Assembly (NCBI RefSeq): GCF_963921235.1
Contig: NC_086108.1
Span: forward strand, 33,730,001 to 33,794,000
From: Mobula hypostoma
Taxonomy: Eukaryota
Direction: 5' to 3'
DNA length: 64,000 nucleotides
In this document: positions 12,691 through 25,221 of the stretch, piece after piece
How the letters are laid out: each line of letters starts with the position of its first letter
Position numbering within the stretch: position 1 is the stretch's first letter
The notes under the pieces: generated by a model
Told to the model about the DNA's origin: nothing
Seen by the model: only the letters and a program-made list of their open reading frames with translations
The model's database searches: none
Translations under genes and position numbers: made by a program

Positions 12691-12697
12691 ATTTCCA

Positions 12698-12830
12698 TCT
12701 GGCACAGTTTGCATATTGTTATTTGATTGTTTGTGGTTTTTGTATTGCTACATTTATGCTCTATTCTTGGTTGGAGCAGCTGTAACGAAACCCAATTTCC
12801 CTCGGGATCAATAAAGTATGTCTATGTCTA
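12698..12830 (+). mobile_element. Rex1/Babar-type LINE 3' end
   Basis: caatttccctcgggatcaataaagtatgtctatgtcta terminus. Confidence 0.6.
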
Positions 12831-13104
12831 TTTATCTTTTACCATGTTCAATTATATTTAGAGTTGGGGAGATCTAACATACTTGCACTATCAGCAATTT
12901 TATATTTGAAAATGTTAGCTATTAATAATGTCAGCCCATTCTCTGTTTAACAATATTATTGTTATGTTTATAATTTTGAAAAGGAAGCCTTAACCCTGTC
13001 AGCAGAGTGTAGCTTCTACTGTTTTGCATGCTTTTCACCCCACACTCTGGCTTCACTGCGTAGGGGCTGTAACTAACAAATGACAAAAATGCTGGTGAGA
13101 GATT

Positions 13105-13515
13105 TGAGAAATTCTGTAGATGCTGGAAATCCAAAGCAACACACACACAAAATGCTGCAGGAACTCAACAGGTCAGGCAGCAGCAAAGGAAATGAACAAA
13201 AGGTGGCTGTTTCAGGCCAAGACCCATCTTCAGTACTGGAAAGTAAGGGGGGAAGACGCCAGAATAAAAAGGTGGGGGGGGGGGAAGAGGAGGAGGATGT
13301 CTAGAAGGTGATATATGAAGCCAGGGGGATAGGAAAGGCAAAGGGCTGGAGAGGAAAGAATGTGATAGGAGAGAATGTGGATCATAGAACAAAAGGAAGG
13401 AAGAGCATCTCCTTTTGATATCTTCCCCCTTCCTTTCCAGTGCTAAAGAAGTATCTCAGTTTGAAACATCGACTGTTTTTTCATATTCATGGATGCTGCC
13501 TGACCTGCTGAGAAC
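13105..13515. mobile_element. Penelope-derived fold-back element
   Basis: Left arm gaaattctgtagatgctggaaatcc...tttcaggccaagacccatcttcagtactgg. Right arm tttccagtgctaaagaag...gaaacatcgactg...gatgctgcctgacctgctgag. Confidence 0.7.
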
Positions 13516-15302
13516 TTGCTTCTTTCTTTAAACACAAAGTTGATAATATCCCAGACAATCCATAATTGTCCCAGATCTCATGAGCAGCTTAACCTAACCA
13601 CAGTAGCTTTATATAGAGTCAAGGCAGATATTAAGTTATATAATCTCGCTAATTCAGGGTCTTTTTTTTCCACGTTCCTCACAGCTTTGTACATTGCAGT
13701 CCCTTGGCAGGTTGGAGTGGGCCAATTATGTGGCACCTCTGGTCTTCCCTGTACTCTGACAATGAATACATACTCTCAGTTTGCCCCCTTGGATGGTACG
13801 CCAGTTGAAACAGCTTCTGGGCAGTTGAGTTGAGGAATGAAAGCAGCGTAATCCTCATTTAAATAGAACCATAGGGTGCTTTGTCCAATTGCGTCCACAC
13901 TGATCATCCAACGTCCATTTGTATTCATCCCATATGTAAATACTTTTATCAACCATGCTTTTGGTTCAGGCAAATGTGAAGGTCCTGGCGACAGTCCAGG
14001 CAGGAAGATGTTGGTTACAATCTGCACCCTAATTTACATGAAGCCCCCTCCTTAGTGATGACAAGCAAGAGACAGAATTGGCTTCAGGTTGGTGTTGGGT
14101 CAGTTTTCTTCACTGAATTTCTCTTGGAGCTCAAAGTCTGCACTGTGGAAATGCTGGAATAGGTTTCATGGATGTGGTTGGCTATCTTTGAGTAAAACAC
14201 CCACACTAACACTTACACTCACACTAACACTCCTGTGGGTAATCTGATTCATGAATTACTGATGTTAACATTGACAAATAATGCAACGTAGTGAGAGTAA
14301 AAATAGTAAGTAGGATACTTCACTTCGACTTTCAACTGCAGTATAAGGAACGGTTTATTACCAATACAAACTCTTCTAATAGTATATTCAAATTTGTGGC
14401 AAAACCTGAATTGTATTATTTTTCGCATTGTGAAAGAAGGATTAAGCTAATTTCTCAGTCAGTCAGTATACTTGTTAAATATGTTGACTGATATTTGGAA
14501 GAGAAAAGAAACAAAAACTATGGCTGTGGGAAAGAACAGGGAATTGGGATTGGTTTAAATATCCTTTTCAAGTGCTAGAACAACGATAATGGGTAGGATC
14601 GTCAGTTTCAAAACTGGAAGGTTTTTTCATACTCAGACCTGCAGATGGTTTTTGCTGAATATCAGTTTAATGTATCCAGTTAAACATAGGTTAGAAAAGG
14701 AAACAGGTTTTATATTCTGCAAAGCTGCTATATTTTTAAACGACCCAAGTAACATGAGATTCCTAATGTGAGTGATCACTCCCTCCTATTCTGCTTCCAT
14801 CTACTAATAACCTTCCCCAATGTACTTCCTCTTTTCCACTTTCTGGGCAGATTGAAATCACAGATATAGGCCCGGAGCTGTCTGAGGCCCAGCTTTTGTG
14901 TCCACTTTAGTTGTGGCCAATAGCTAGTCAGCTTTCCCATCCATACTTCTGTAGCTCTGGGCTACAGAACCTACAAAGGAACCCAACCAAACATGGGGAA
15001 CTCTAGGTATTACCCTGTGGGGTATGCTTTGGCAATTTGATTAGGCCTTGCCTGTGATGTCCTGACCATTGTGCTGGAGGGATTCCTCACTGAATATCAA
15101 CTTGCACTCTTGAAATTACCACTAACTTGGAGCAGAGTAGTGCACCATTTGGTCAGATGTTTCAACTCTAACAGAATTAGTCAAGTAGTCACCCCTACCC
15201 CACCCTTACACACATGCTCTCTTGCCCCTGTAAATTTCATCCATTAAAGTCCGTATTCTTTTCTATTATTGAAAGTTACGACGACATCTATATCTAGTAA
15301 CA

Positions 15303-15462
15303 GACGCAAAACACTGGAGGAACTCAGCAGGCCAGGCTGCATCCGTGGAAAATCTGAGGAAATGTCGACTGTTTACTCTTTTCCATAGCTGCTGCCTGGC
15401 CTGCTGAGTTCCCCCAACAGTTGCTGGATTTCCAGCATCTGCGGATTTTCTCTTGTTTGTGA
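15303..15462. mobile_element. Short Penelope-derived fold-back element
   Basis: ggaactcagcaggccaggctgc mirrored by gctgcctggcctgctgagttcc. pLTR terminus gatttccagcatctgcggattttctcttgtttg. Confidence 0.75.
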
Positions 15463-15519
15463 TCCACTTCTAGCACCTTTGATTCCAGATTTTAACAAAT
15501 TCCCGTACAAATAAAACAC

Positions 15520-15725
15520 CAAGCAACACACATCAAAGTTGCTGGTGAACGCAGTAGGCCAAGCAGCATCTATAGGAAGAGGTGCAGTCGACGTTTCTGA
15601 CGAAGGGTCTCAGCCTGAAACGTCGACTGCACCTCTTCCTATAGATGCTGCTTGGCCTGCTGCGTTCACCAGCAACTTTGATGTGTGTTGCTTGAATTTC
15701 CAGCATCTGCAGAATTCCTTATGTT
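15520..15725. mobile_element. Penelope-derived palindromic element with 14-bp TSD
   Basis: TSD tacaaataaaacac at 15506-15519 and 15726-15739. Near-perfect inverted arms. Hammerhead core ctgacga-agg-gtctcag-cct-gaaacgtc at 15597-15624. Confidence 0.88.
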
Positions 15726-16536
15726 TACAAATAAAACACGCCTCTTCTCCAACAGGTTCTTCTGTGACCCCTGTTTAAAGACCCTCTGCCTTGCATCAAT
15801 TTGACTGGGAGAGGCCGATTTTTTCCATTTACTTTTCATTAACAAATAATGTTAATCTCAGAAGCCTCAACAGCAAATGAATCCATCTGTTCAACTGGGA
15901 GGAAAAACCACAATTTTATGCTTGCCCTGTGTTCATAACCACTTGTTTTTCTTTCAAGTCCATCCTCCTGCTGTTGATATCCTGCACCTAACCCACTCAA
16001 CATCTCTCCACCCCATGTCAGGAATACTGAGGCTATTTTTTTTGTCTAATATGACATCATCCAAGGCTGAGCCAATGAACTCATTGACACTCAATGCCAA
16101 TCTAAGAGATCTTGCTGGTTTGTATGGTGCTGCCACTGGATAAGTTACTTTGCAATATACCAATGCTAAAACAGAAATGAGTGTAAATAATCTCCTCTCT
16201 TTAACAACAGTCTCTATCTTGTCTCTACCCTTGTTCCAAAAAGTTGAAGATGCCCTTCTTAACCCATATTTTGGTAATAGTCTGGAAAGGGCCCAACGTT
16301 TTGACATCATCAATGCAGCATTCTATCTGTATTACACAGAAGCACAAACCAAGTTTCATGCTCAAGTCTCTGGAGGATTCCTGAAAACCAGCAATAATTT
16401 CAGTTTGCTTGCTGTTTGCTTGGAAAATGAGAATGTTTTGACAATTTGCTAGCTACAACAGAGATGCTCACTTCCATGATATAGAGTGCCTTGTCATGCT
16501 CTGCGCCCTCCCCCGACACAGATGAAATAAGAATGC

Positions 16537-17320
16537 AGTATGTTATATTTCATTGGGATGCCTTGGGACCTGTATATTTTGGCCCAATTAAGCAGCTGCA
16601 TCAATTAGACTAAGTTACATAGAAATATTTAAAAAGATATAAAAAAAAGACAAAATGAGTAACAAATTATGTATTTAAATGAACTACAGAACAAAGTAGA
16701 ACACAAAGTATTACAGTGCTATAAATCTGTGCATTAGTTCCAATAGTTATTGACCGAAGAATTCATCCAGTGTATTCAAGGAACAAAATCAGAGCAGTCG
16801 ACTAGTAGAAACAATAGACTGCCTTCATACAATATTATTGACAATTGCATCCTCCAAATCTTCATTTTCATTCTAATATTTAAGGTGATTGTTGATTCAT
16901 TCACATTTTCATAGTCCCTAACTTGTTGAAGAAGTGAAATTGTTTCATTTTCACTCCTTGCCATTTCTGGCATCTTCAATCCTGAATGCTTGAAACCATA
17001 GTGAGCTAAACAGTTCTGAGTTATCATACTGCTTATTTATTGCCAACTATCAGTGACAAAAATCACTGCTTTCTGAACACAGACACACACAACTGACGCT
17101 ATTTAAAAACTGTTTGCTCTAAGCACCATGTAGCATCTAACAGCCACACAAGTACACTTGACTGATGCTAGTTATAAACTGTCACTTTCCCCAATTAAGA
17201 GGCACAGTTCCCTCAAATAATCAAAGGGAATCTTCGCAATTTTCTCAATTACTTTTTGTTCTTTAAGAATTGTCCCAAATGCCCTGATTAACTGATGGCC
17301 CAGTTAATCAGAATCCACTG
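16537..17320 (-). mobile_element. Tigger/pogo-derived non-autonomous DNA transposon
   Basis: Ends cagta... and ...aatccactg|ta. Internal ccaattaa repeats. Minus ORF 16776..17027 contains QNCLAHYGF, resembling the pogo/Tigger IxNCFxxxGF motif. Confidence 0.6.
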
Positions 17321-17343
17321 TATTTTATTTTACAGTGAATATA

Positions 17344-18949
17344 CAGGATAATGCAGAAGTTTGGGCACCCCAGTCAAAATTTCTGTTACTGTGAATAGTT
17401 AAGTGAGTAGAAGATGAACTGATCTCCAAAAGTCATAAAGCTAAAGATGAAACATTCTTTTCAACATTTTAAGCAAGATTAGTGTATTATTTTTGTTTTG
17501 TACAATTTTAGAGTGAAAAAAGGAAAGAAGCACCATATAAAAGTTTGGGCACCCCAAGAGATTTGAGCTCTCAGATAACTTTTACCAAGGTCTTAGACCT
17601 TAATTAGCTTGTTAGAGCTATGGCTTGTTCACAGTCATCATTAGGAAAAGCAGGTGATGCAAATTTCAAAGCTTTATTAGTACCCTGACTCCTGAAACCT
17701 TGTCCCAAAAATCAGCTGCCATAGGCTCCTCTAAGCAGCTGCCTAGCACTCTGGAAATTAAAATAAATGATGCCCACAAAGCAGAAGAAGTCTATAAGAA
17801 GATAGCAAAGTGTTTTCAGGTAGACGTTTCCTCAGATGGTAATGTAATTAAAAAATGGCAGTTAACAGGAATGGTGGCAGTCAAGTTGAGGTCTGGAAGA
17901 CCAAGAAAACTTTGAGAGAACTGCTCGTAGGATTGCTAGAAAGGCAAATCAAAACCCCCCGTTTGACTGCAAAAGACCTTCAAGAAGATTTAGCAGACTC
18001 TGGAGTGGTGGTGCACTGTTCTACCGTGCAGCGACACCTGCACAAATATGACCTTCATGGAAGAGTCATTAGAAGAAAACCTTTCCTGCATCCTCACCAC
18101 AAAATTCAGCATCAGAAGTTTGCAAAGGAACATCTAGACAAGCCTGATGCATTTTGGAAACAAGTCCTGTGGACTGATGAAGTTAAAATAAAACTTTTTG
18201 GCCACAATGAGCAAAAGTATGTTTGGACAAAAAAGGGTGCAGAATTTCATGAAAAGAACACCTCTCCAACTGTTAAGCTCAGGGGTGGATTGATCATGAT
18301 TTGGGCTTGTGTTGCAGCCAGTGGCACGGGGAACATTTCACTGGGAAGAATTAATTCAATTAAATACCAGCAAATTCTGGAAGCAAACATCACACCGTTT
18401 GTAAAAAAGCTGAAGATGAAAAGAGGATGGCTTCTACAACAGGATAATGATCCTAAACACACCTCAAAATCCACAATGGACTACCTCAAGAAGTGCAAGC
18501 TGAAGGTTTTGCCATGGTCCTCACAGTCCCCCGACCTAAACATCATCGAAAATCTGTGGAAGACCTCAAAAGAACAGTGCATGCAAGACGGCCCAAGAGT
18601 CTCACAGAACTTCAAGCCTTTTGCAAGGAAGAATGGGCGAAAATCCCCAAAGAATTGAAAGACTCTTAGCTGGCTACAGAAAGCGTTTACGAGCTGTGAT
18701 ACTTGCCAAAGGGGGTGTTACTAAGTACTGACCATGCAGGGTGCCCAAACTTTTGCTTCGGGCCCTTTTCCTTTTTGTTATTTTGAAACTGTAAAAGATG
18801 GAAATAAAAAAGTAATCTTGGTTAAAATATTAAAGAAAGGTGTCATCTTTAACTTTATGCCTTTTGGAAATCAGGTCATCTTTTACTCGCTTAGCTGATC
18901 ACAGTAACAGAAATTTTGACCCGGGTGCCCAAACTTTTGCATACCACTG
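17344..18949 (+). mobile_element. Tc1-family DNA transposon, IR-DR type, ~1.6 kb, flanked by TA
   Basis: TA at 17342-43 and 18950-51. ~210-bp imperfect TIRs, each with two aagtttgggcaccc direct repeats (17357, 17541; reverse at 18739, 18923). Confidence 0.95.
17721..18731 (+). pseudogene. Tc1 transposase (DD34E), disrupted
   Basis: Paired-like N-terminus ending SGRPRK (ORF 17700..17915). ORF 17855..18658 has VLWTDE, QQDNDPKH and SPDLNIIENLW, with 34 residues between the second D and E. Start apparently ATG>ATA; frameshifts. Confidence 0.92.
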
Positions 18950-19489
18950 TAGTGTCTAACATATGCTATTTATTAACCAGGCCTTGCAACCTCCAGCGTA
19001 GTACAAATAGGGTGCAGATAGATTGCTTTCATGTAAGCATACATTAATTTAAAGTTTTACAATAAAGTCATGATTTAAGTAAATGCAGACAGTACATGCC
19101 ATATAAGTGATTGATTAAATAATTATACCCTTTCTCCCTACAAGTGAAATCAATTTGCTTATACAGGTGAATGCTTCCAATTTTGCCCCACATTTTAAAT
19201 GTAGGGAACTAAACAATCATTACAAGCCAGCTCTTCAGCTATGGTGGGTAAGATACCCTAAGTTCTTTATGCCTGGTGCACGCTTCACAATTCCGTACTT
19301 AACAGTAAGATTCACTGGGTATCCTCCTCCAGCAGGAGCCCTGCCTGATATTTCATGACATCAAAGACTCCAGTGGTAAATTTCTACTTATAATTAGTGC
19401 TGATTAAAATCCAGCAGTTTATTACTTAACAGATAAGTTTGCCATTCATTATCCACCTTGTTGGTAAATACAGTATGGTTTCTTCGGTA

Positions 19490-19748
19490 GGGAGTAAAGA
19501 ATCCAGCTATGTTGGTGGGACTGGAGTCACCCACATACCAAACCTAAATATGATTATTTATCATGTACAAGGGCATTCATGAACCAGTTGGGTTTTACGC
19601 AGTCTGGTAGTTTCAAAGTTATTATCGCTGAAACAAATTCCTTTCATTCCAGGTTTATTTAATTAAATTTAAATTCCCCAGATAAAATAGCACGATTTCT
19701 GTTCTTGGTCTCTGAATACTAGTGTAGTGAGGGCTAAGCCACTACATC
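19490..19748 (-). mobile_element. Old HE1-like elasmobranch SINE
   Basis: ggactggagtcac...gggcattcatgaaccagttgggtttt...ttccaggtttatttaattaaatttaaattcc resembles the HE1 body (recognised from memory, not searched). Confidence 0.45.
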
Positions 19749-19756
19749 CAGTATAT

Positions 19757-20048
19757 AGAGTCATAGATAAGTACAACTCTGGAACAGGCCTTTTGGCCCA
19801 TCTAGGCCATGCTGAAGCCATTTAAAGAGCCTATTCCCATCGATCTGCACCCAGACCATAGACCCCATTCCTCTACCATCCATGTATCTATCCAAACTTC
19901 TCCTAAACGTTGAAATTGAGTTCGCATGCATCACTTGTGCTGTTGGCTCATTCCACCCTTTCATGACCCTCTGAGTGAAGAAGTTCCCCCTCATGTTCCC
20001 CTTAAACTTTTCACCCTTAACCCAGGCCCTCTGGTTGTAGTCCCACCC
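19757..20048 (-). mobile_element. CR1 3' end
   Basis: ORF 19761..19994(-) RGNFFTQRVMKGWN...FRRSLDRYM. Confidence 0.85.
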
Positions 20049-21856
20049 ATTGGCTGTAGTACCCTATTGCAAGGCACAGAGTGAATGTTGTATCAACCAG
20101 CTGAGCCACTAACCTTACTGTATTCTATATAAAATTTTGAAGCCCAACAATACAGTAAAGCAGTTCTATTATTCCTTCTACCACAAAGTGTCCATTAATC
20201 CTAATACACATTTGATTTACACAGCAGTGATGCTGGTGCAATGCCATTTAAAGTTTCCATTATGCACACAGTGGCAAGGTCATAGCATAGGCTTTACTGA
20301 AAAACTTCAAAACACGATCTGACCAATGTTTCTCAGCTAAATGTTTGTCTTTATCACTTGGAAAGTTACAGGTCAATTTTATATAGGAGTTTCTGGAATT
20401 GGAGGGCTGACAGGAATTGCAAAACTTTGCACAAGCTCTCGTTTCAGAGGTACCTACAGGTTATAATTGGATTTTTACTGCAATCAGACAAGCTTATTTA
20501 CAGTGGATATCCCCGTTGCCTTCACAGTCAAGCATGCTATACTTCTGAAGTTTGGGCACCTTGTAGCTTTACTGTTTGATTTTACCAAGCAGCCCACCAC
20601 TTGGTTTCTGCTGAGCTGAGGTGACTTACACATCAACAGAGGAAAAGTACAGTATAATAAAAGGATCAATTCAGAGAACTAAAGAAACCTATAAATGGAC
20701 AGGTCTTTGCCTGGTAGAGTGGGCCTCATAATAGCAGACATCACCGGAAAAAAAGCATGTTGAATGCTATATAAATGGGGTAACATGATTGGCCAACATC
20801 TGTTTAGATCATGGACCCATTTTATAACATTGCTGGGTGCTAGGATTATCAGGCCTAGAAGTATTGATATGAAGATAAATGCCAATTGTGTTGTCTGTAG
20901 GTAGAAATATGAGAATGGAAATTGTTCCATGCAGGATCAAGCCCGGATGCAAAGATAAGTTTATGGACTTACCGACTCACATGAGTGTTCCTTTCAGTGT
21001 AACATTAACAAATAAAAAATATTATTCTGGAAGTGACAACCAGCCATTGGTTAATGAGCACTCCCTCTAGATTATTAGGTTTCCAATGCTCGTTACATTA
21101 TTGAGGTATTCCAATCACATGATGGATACAAGGATAAAATAGGAGCAGAAGCTGAATTTCCAGTACATAGCAAAAGAAAACTATCATTTGTCAGTTAACA
21201 ATCTATATTGGATCCATTTGCAGTGAAAAAGGATGGCATTGTCAGATCCAGTATTTAACCCACAGCGTGTTTTAAAATAGAACAAAATACTCACAGCATC
21301 ACAGAGTCAAAAATCAATCTATTTGCAACTCAGCTTGCTGGAATATTGGACAAATAGTTCATAGTATATGATACTTCAGAAAGATTTACAAATTTGAACT
21401 TACACTGGATATATCTACAATACACAGTATATGTCTCAGATTCAAAATAAGCGTTGTGCAACACAGCATTTTGCAAGAGTTGTTTTCCACAGCCACATAA
21501 GCATGTGAAAACTACACTTCATGACAGCAGACGTTTTTTTAACAAAACCATGCACTTGCTTGATTCAATTTATCATTTGGTTAAGTGTTTTTCAGGCTGA
21601 AATTAATTATTGTGCAATAAAGTATTTTGGAACAGATATTTTCTATTAGGGACCAACCACATGTTGTGTTAGATTGGATGACAGTGCAATGATCACAATA
21701 AAAATCCAATTGTAACTTTATATTTTACACTGCTGGGACCTCTGAAATGGAATTTTTGAAAAATCTTGTATTTCCTGCCATCTTACCAAATCTAGAGAGT
21801 GCTATATATTGACTGGAACATTCCTGAGCAGTTCTTTTGATAAGCAAAAACACATG

Positions 21857-22348
21857 CAGTACTGTGCAGAAGTCTTAGGCTCATGCAAAAAGAATCTGTA
21901 AAGTGAAGATGCTTTCAAAAATAGTGAAATGAAAAGCTTCTAAAGATGAAAAATTACTATAAAGAGCAGTAAACAGTAAAAAAAATCAAATCACTCATGA
22001 GAAAATCTGCAGATGCTGGAAATCCAAAACAACGCACACAAAATTCTGGAGTAACTCAGCAGGCCAATCAAGTCAATGTTGGGTGTGACCATCCTTTGCC
22101 TTTAAAACTGCATCAATTCCGCTTAGGTACGCTGTCATTAATTTTTTTTTTAAAAAGGAAATCAGCTGGTAGGTTGTTCCAAGCATCTTAGAGAACTTCC
22201 CAACAGTTCTTCTGCAGACTTTGGGTGTCTCGCTTGTTTCTGTCTAATCCCAGACAGCCTCGATGATGTTGCAATCTATGGAGGCCTTACCATTGGAAAC
22301 CATATACAAAATCTAGGGTGCCTAAGACACACTAGGTGCACAGTACTG
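21857..22348. mobile_element. Tc1-type MITE with a nested Penelope-pLTR fragment (~21995-22066)
   Basis: TIR cagtactgtgcagaagtcttagg ... gtgcctaagac...tgcacagtactg. Insert gagaaaatctgcagatgctggaaatcc...aactcagcaggcc. Confidence 0.7.
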
Positions 22349-22429
22349 CAGGCAAAAATATGGGCCAGGTCATGTTTTGTCACCTTACTGAAATTTATTT
22401 TCTTATTTATTTATTATTTGAGATTCAGC

Positions 22430-22672
22430 ACGGAATAGGCCCTTCCAACCCTGCAACCCCCAATTTAACCCGAGTCTATTTACAGGACAAATTTACAATG
22501 ACCAATTATCCTACCAACTGGTATATCTTTGGACTGTAGGCAGAAACAGGAGCACCTGGAAGAAACCCATCACAGGGAGAATGTACAAATGTCTTACGGG
22601 CAGTGGCAGGAATTGAACCCGTGTCACTGGTACTGTAAAGCGTTGTGCTAACCACTGTGCTACCCAGCCACC
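22430..22672 (-). mobile_element. tRNA-derived SINE
   Basis: Minus strand has A-box-like gtggttagc and B-box gggttcaattcct. Body matches 45150-45400. Confidence 0.8.
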
Positions 22673-23467
22673 CATGAGAGAAATAAAATAACTGCATGTT
22701 CTTAATCACAGATGGCAATTCCTGTTAGAGGGGGCATTCATTAAAAAAAAGTGCTTCAGGAAAGGGTTGGAATAATTTACATTACTAAATATCTTATCCA
22801 TTAGCCACAGTTAATGCCAACTCATAAGCAATTTTCACCTTGGTCTGGTAGTGAAAGACAACTAGCAATTGAGAAATCTATTGAAGTACCATTTATCTCT
22901 CCGAGAGATGAAAAATGAATTAGCAAAGAAAATTTGGATTGGTATTAAGTATTCTCCAAGGAGTTACACGGGTGCTATTTTCTATACGTAGCTTTTAGTG
23001 CTATGTTGAATTACAAATTCCATTGATTGGAAGAATGACATTTTGACTTTATTTGATTTAGATTTTGCCTTAGGAAAGGAATTTACTTCATTTGAAAGCA
23101 TTGTTCTGTTAAAGTAAATATAAGTTATTTTGTATACAATTAATCCTTCAAACCCAAAAATATGGTTTTGATAGAAAAGGATATTTTTATTTGCATAAAC
23201 AAAAAATGAATGAGAAATTAATTATGTCTGAAGGAAAATGTACTGGTGATAGAACTCTCCCTAATTGAGGCTTGAAAGTAATCACTTCAAGAAATAGAAA
23301 GACAAATTTTAAAAATCATTACTGAATGTGTAAAGGAGTTAGAGATTGATTAAACAAGAAGCATATAAACTTGGTCCTTGCGGATATCTGTGTCCCAACT
23401 GAATCTGTGCAATAACAGTCCTTTCTACAGTGCAGTGTGACTGAAAGCAAGCCTGCACATATGGTAA

Positions 23468-23610
23468 ATACAAGAGATTCTACAGATGCTGGAAATCCAG
23501 AGCAACACATACAGCTTTGATGAAGTGTCTGAGGTAGAATCATCGACAGTTCATTCATTTCCGTAATGCTGCCTGACCTGCTGAGTTCCTCCAGCATTTT
23601 GTATGTGTCA
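23468..23610. mobile_element. Short Penelope-derived element (rearranged)
   Basis: caagagattctacagatgctggaaatcc ... gctgcctgacctgctgagttcctccagcattttgt. Confidence 0.7.
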
Positions 23611-24187
23611 CTCTGCATACACGGTGTAGCTTGATAAATCACTTACATTAGATGAATTTTGTTTCTGTCACAGAAACATTCTGTAATGCTTCTCCATTGC
23701 TTGGCTCCTAACACTACGAGATGTGGATTCCGCAGACTGGCAGTTTTGGTGGAATTCCTCAGAATGGAGTCAGGAACGCTGGAAATCCTGGTCAAGTCAA
23801 ACAGAAATAGTCAAGTAAGCAAGGTATTTGCTTTAAATCTAAACTGCTCTACAGCCCTGAGACTTCAAATGTCCTGACTGACCGTCTGTACCAGATTTTC
23901 TAAAACAAGAGCAAACCTGCAGACCCAGATTTTTGAATTTACTTTCATTTACAATCCGATATTTCCAATAAGTATTAGTCAGGGAGAAAAATATTACTCT
24001 TCTTGCCCATAATATATGGGCTGCTAAATTGGGGAACTTGATTACTGTAAAATATTCTGCATGAGCTTAAGGCGTGATTTTCATTCCAGTGAGCCTTGCA
24101 TATATCACAATTGCAAATATGCCTGCAACACGCATCAAAGTTGCTGGTGAACGCAGCAGGCCAGGCAGCATCTCTAGGAAGAGATAC

Positions 24188-24271
24188 AGTCGACGTTTCA
24201 GGTCGAGACCCTTCGTCAGGACTAACTGAAGGAAGAGTCGACGTTTCAGGCCAAGACCCTTCGTCAGGACT
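24188..24271 (-). ncRNA. Two tandem minimal type I hammerhead ribozyme motifs
   Basis: Minus strand reads agtc-CTGACGA-agg-gtcttgg-cct-GAAACGTC-gact, a 12-nt linker, then agtc-CTGACGA-agg-gtctcga-cct-GAAACGTC-gact. Confidence 0.7.
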
Positions 24272-24307
24272 ATCTGAAGGAAGAGTTGACTAACTCTTCC
24301 TTCAGTT

Positions 24308-24343
24308 AGTCCTGACGAAGGGTCTCGGCCTGAAACGTCGACT
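24308..24343 (+). ncRNA. Minimal hammerhead ribozyme motif
   Basis: agtc-CTGACGA-agg-gtctcgg-cct-GAAACGTC-gact. Stem I is agtc/gact; helix III is reduced to palindromic ACGT. Confidence 0.7.
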
Positions 24344-25221
24344 GTACCTCCTCCTAGAGATGCTGCCTGGCCTGCTGTGTTCACCAGCAACTTTGATGTG
24401 TGTTGCATGAATTTCCAGCATCTGCAGAATTCCTGTTGTTTGCAAATATGCCTGCATGATTTTCCCTCTAAGAGTTGTGTTTTTGTACTCCTGATGTTTA
24501 TTTGCTGACAATGGACAAACTTAGCTTTGATATTGCCAATGAGTTATTGAACTCCAAAAAGGCTAATCCTATCTCATCCAGAATGAGTAAAGAGGCTAAT
24601 GACTAAAAGCTTCAGCTTCCAGGATTGACAGAAATGTGGAAGTGATGATAAAACTCAAATCAAGGCTATTGTTCATAGGAATGGGGGCACAGCCTTGACT
24701 GAGACAGTGAAAGATAAAGCTCGACCTCTCAGAGCATCAGGGTACATGGGATGGCTCTTAGGTTCTATTGCAAGTAGACTGGTTGCCATTTGTGACCTTT
24801 TTTTTCCACAGAATGACTCACTGGAGCATTTTTCCCCAAAATTATTTACCATAATTATAATATTTACAGTAAAGGCTGTCAGGAAATGCCTTTGGTTGCA
24901 TTCATTGTACATCAAAACGATCTGTTTCTTTACATTGCAACAATGTCACTCATCTCCTCCTTAACCAAGGCAAAACTGAAGTATTTGAGAAACTGTTGCA
25001 TAGGGTTCCGTCTCTCAACATTCATTGATGGCTGAAGCTCCCATGAGGCTTAAGTGAAGATCTTGTCTTAGTTTTCTGCAGCTCTAAAGATCCTTCTGAT
25101 ATTAAACTGGTAAAGTTTGGGATGTTGTGGTTGGGGGAAGAGTAAGGGCAGTGATGGTGTGAAAGTAAGGGCACCAGGATTCTCAATGTGGAATAGCAGT
25201 GGATGAGGTGGATATGTCACT

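Larger units (their letters stand above)
24128..24439. mobile_element. Penelope-derived palindromic element with 17-bp TSD and three hammerhead cores
   Basis: TSD ttgcaaatatgcctgca at 24111-24127 and 24440-24456. Inverted arms. 48-bp tandem duplication in the left arm. Confidence 0.9.

Noticed and set aside
13776..14027. 83-aa minus ORF in unique-looking sequence
   Set aside because: No recognisable domain or splice context; length compatible with chance.
15954..16452. Overlapping 119-aa and 100-aa ORFs
   Set aside because: No recognisable motifs; cannot be supported as a gene or TE protein without a search.
24188..24290. Direct repeats superficially like a CRISPR array
   Set aside because: Two adjacent 48-bp units without unique spacers, inside a eukaryotic PLE-derived insert.
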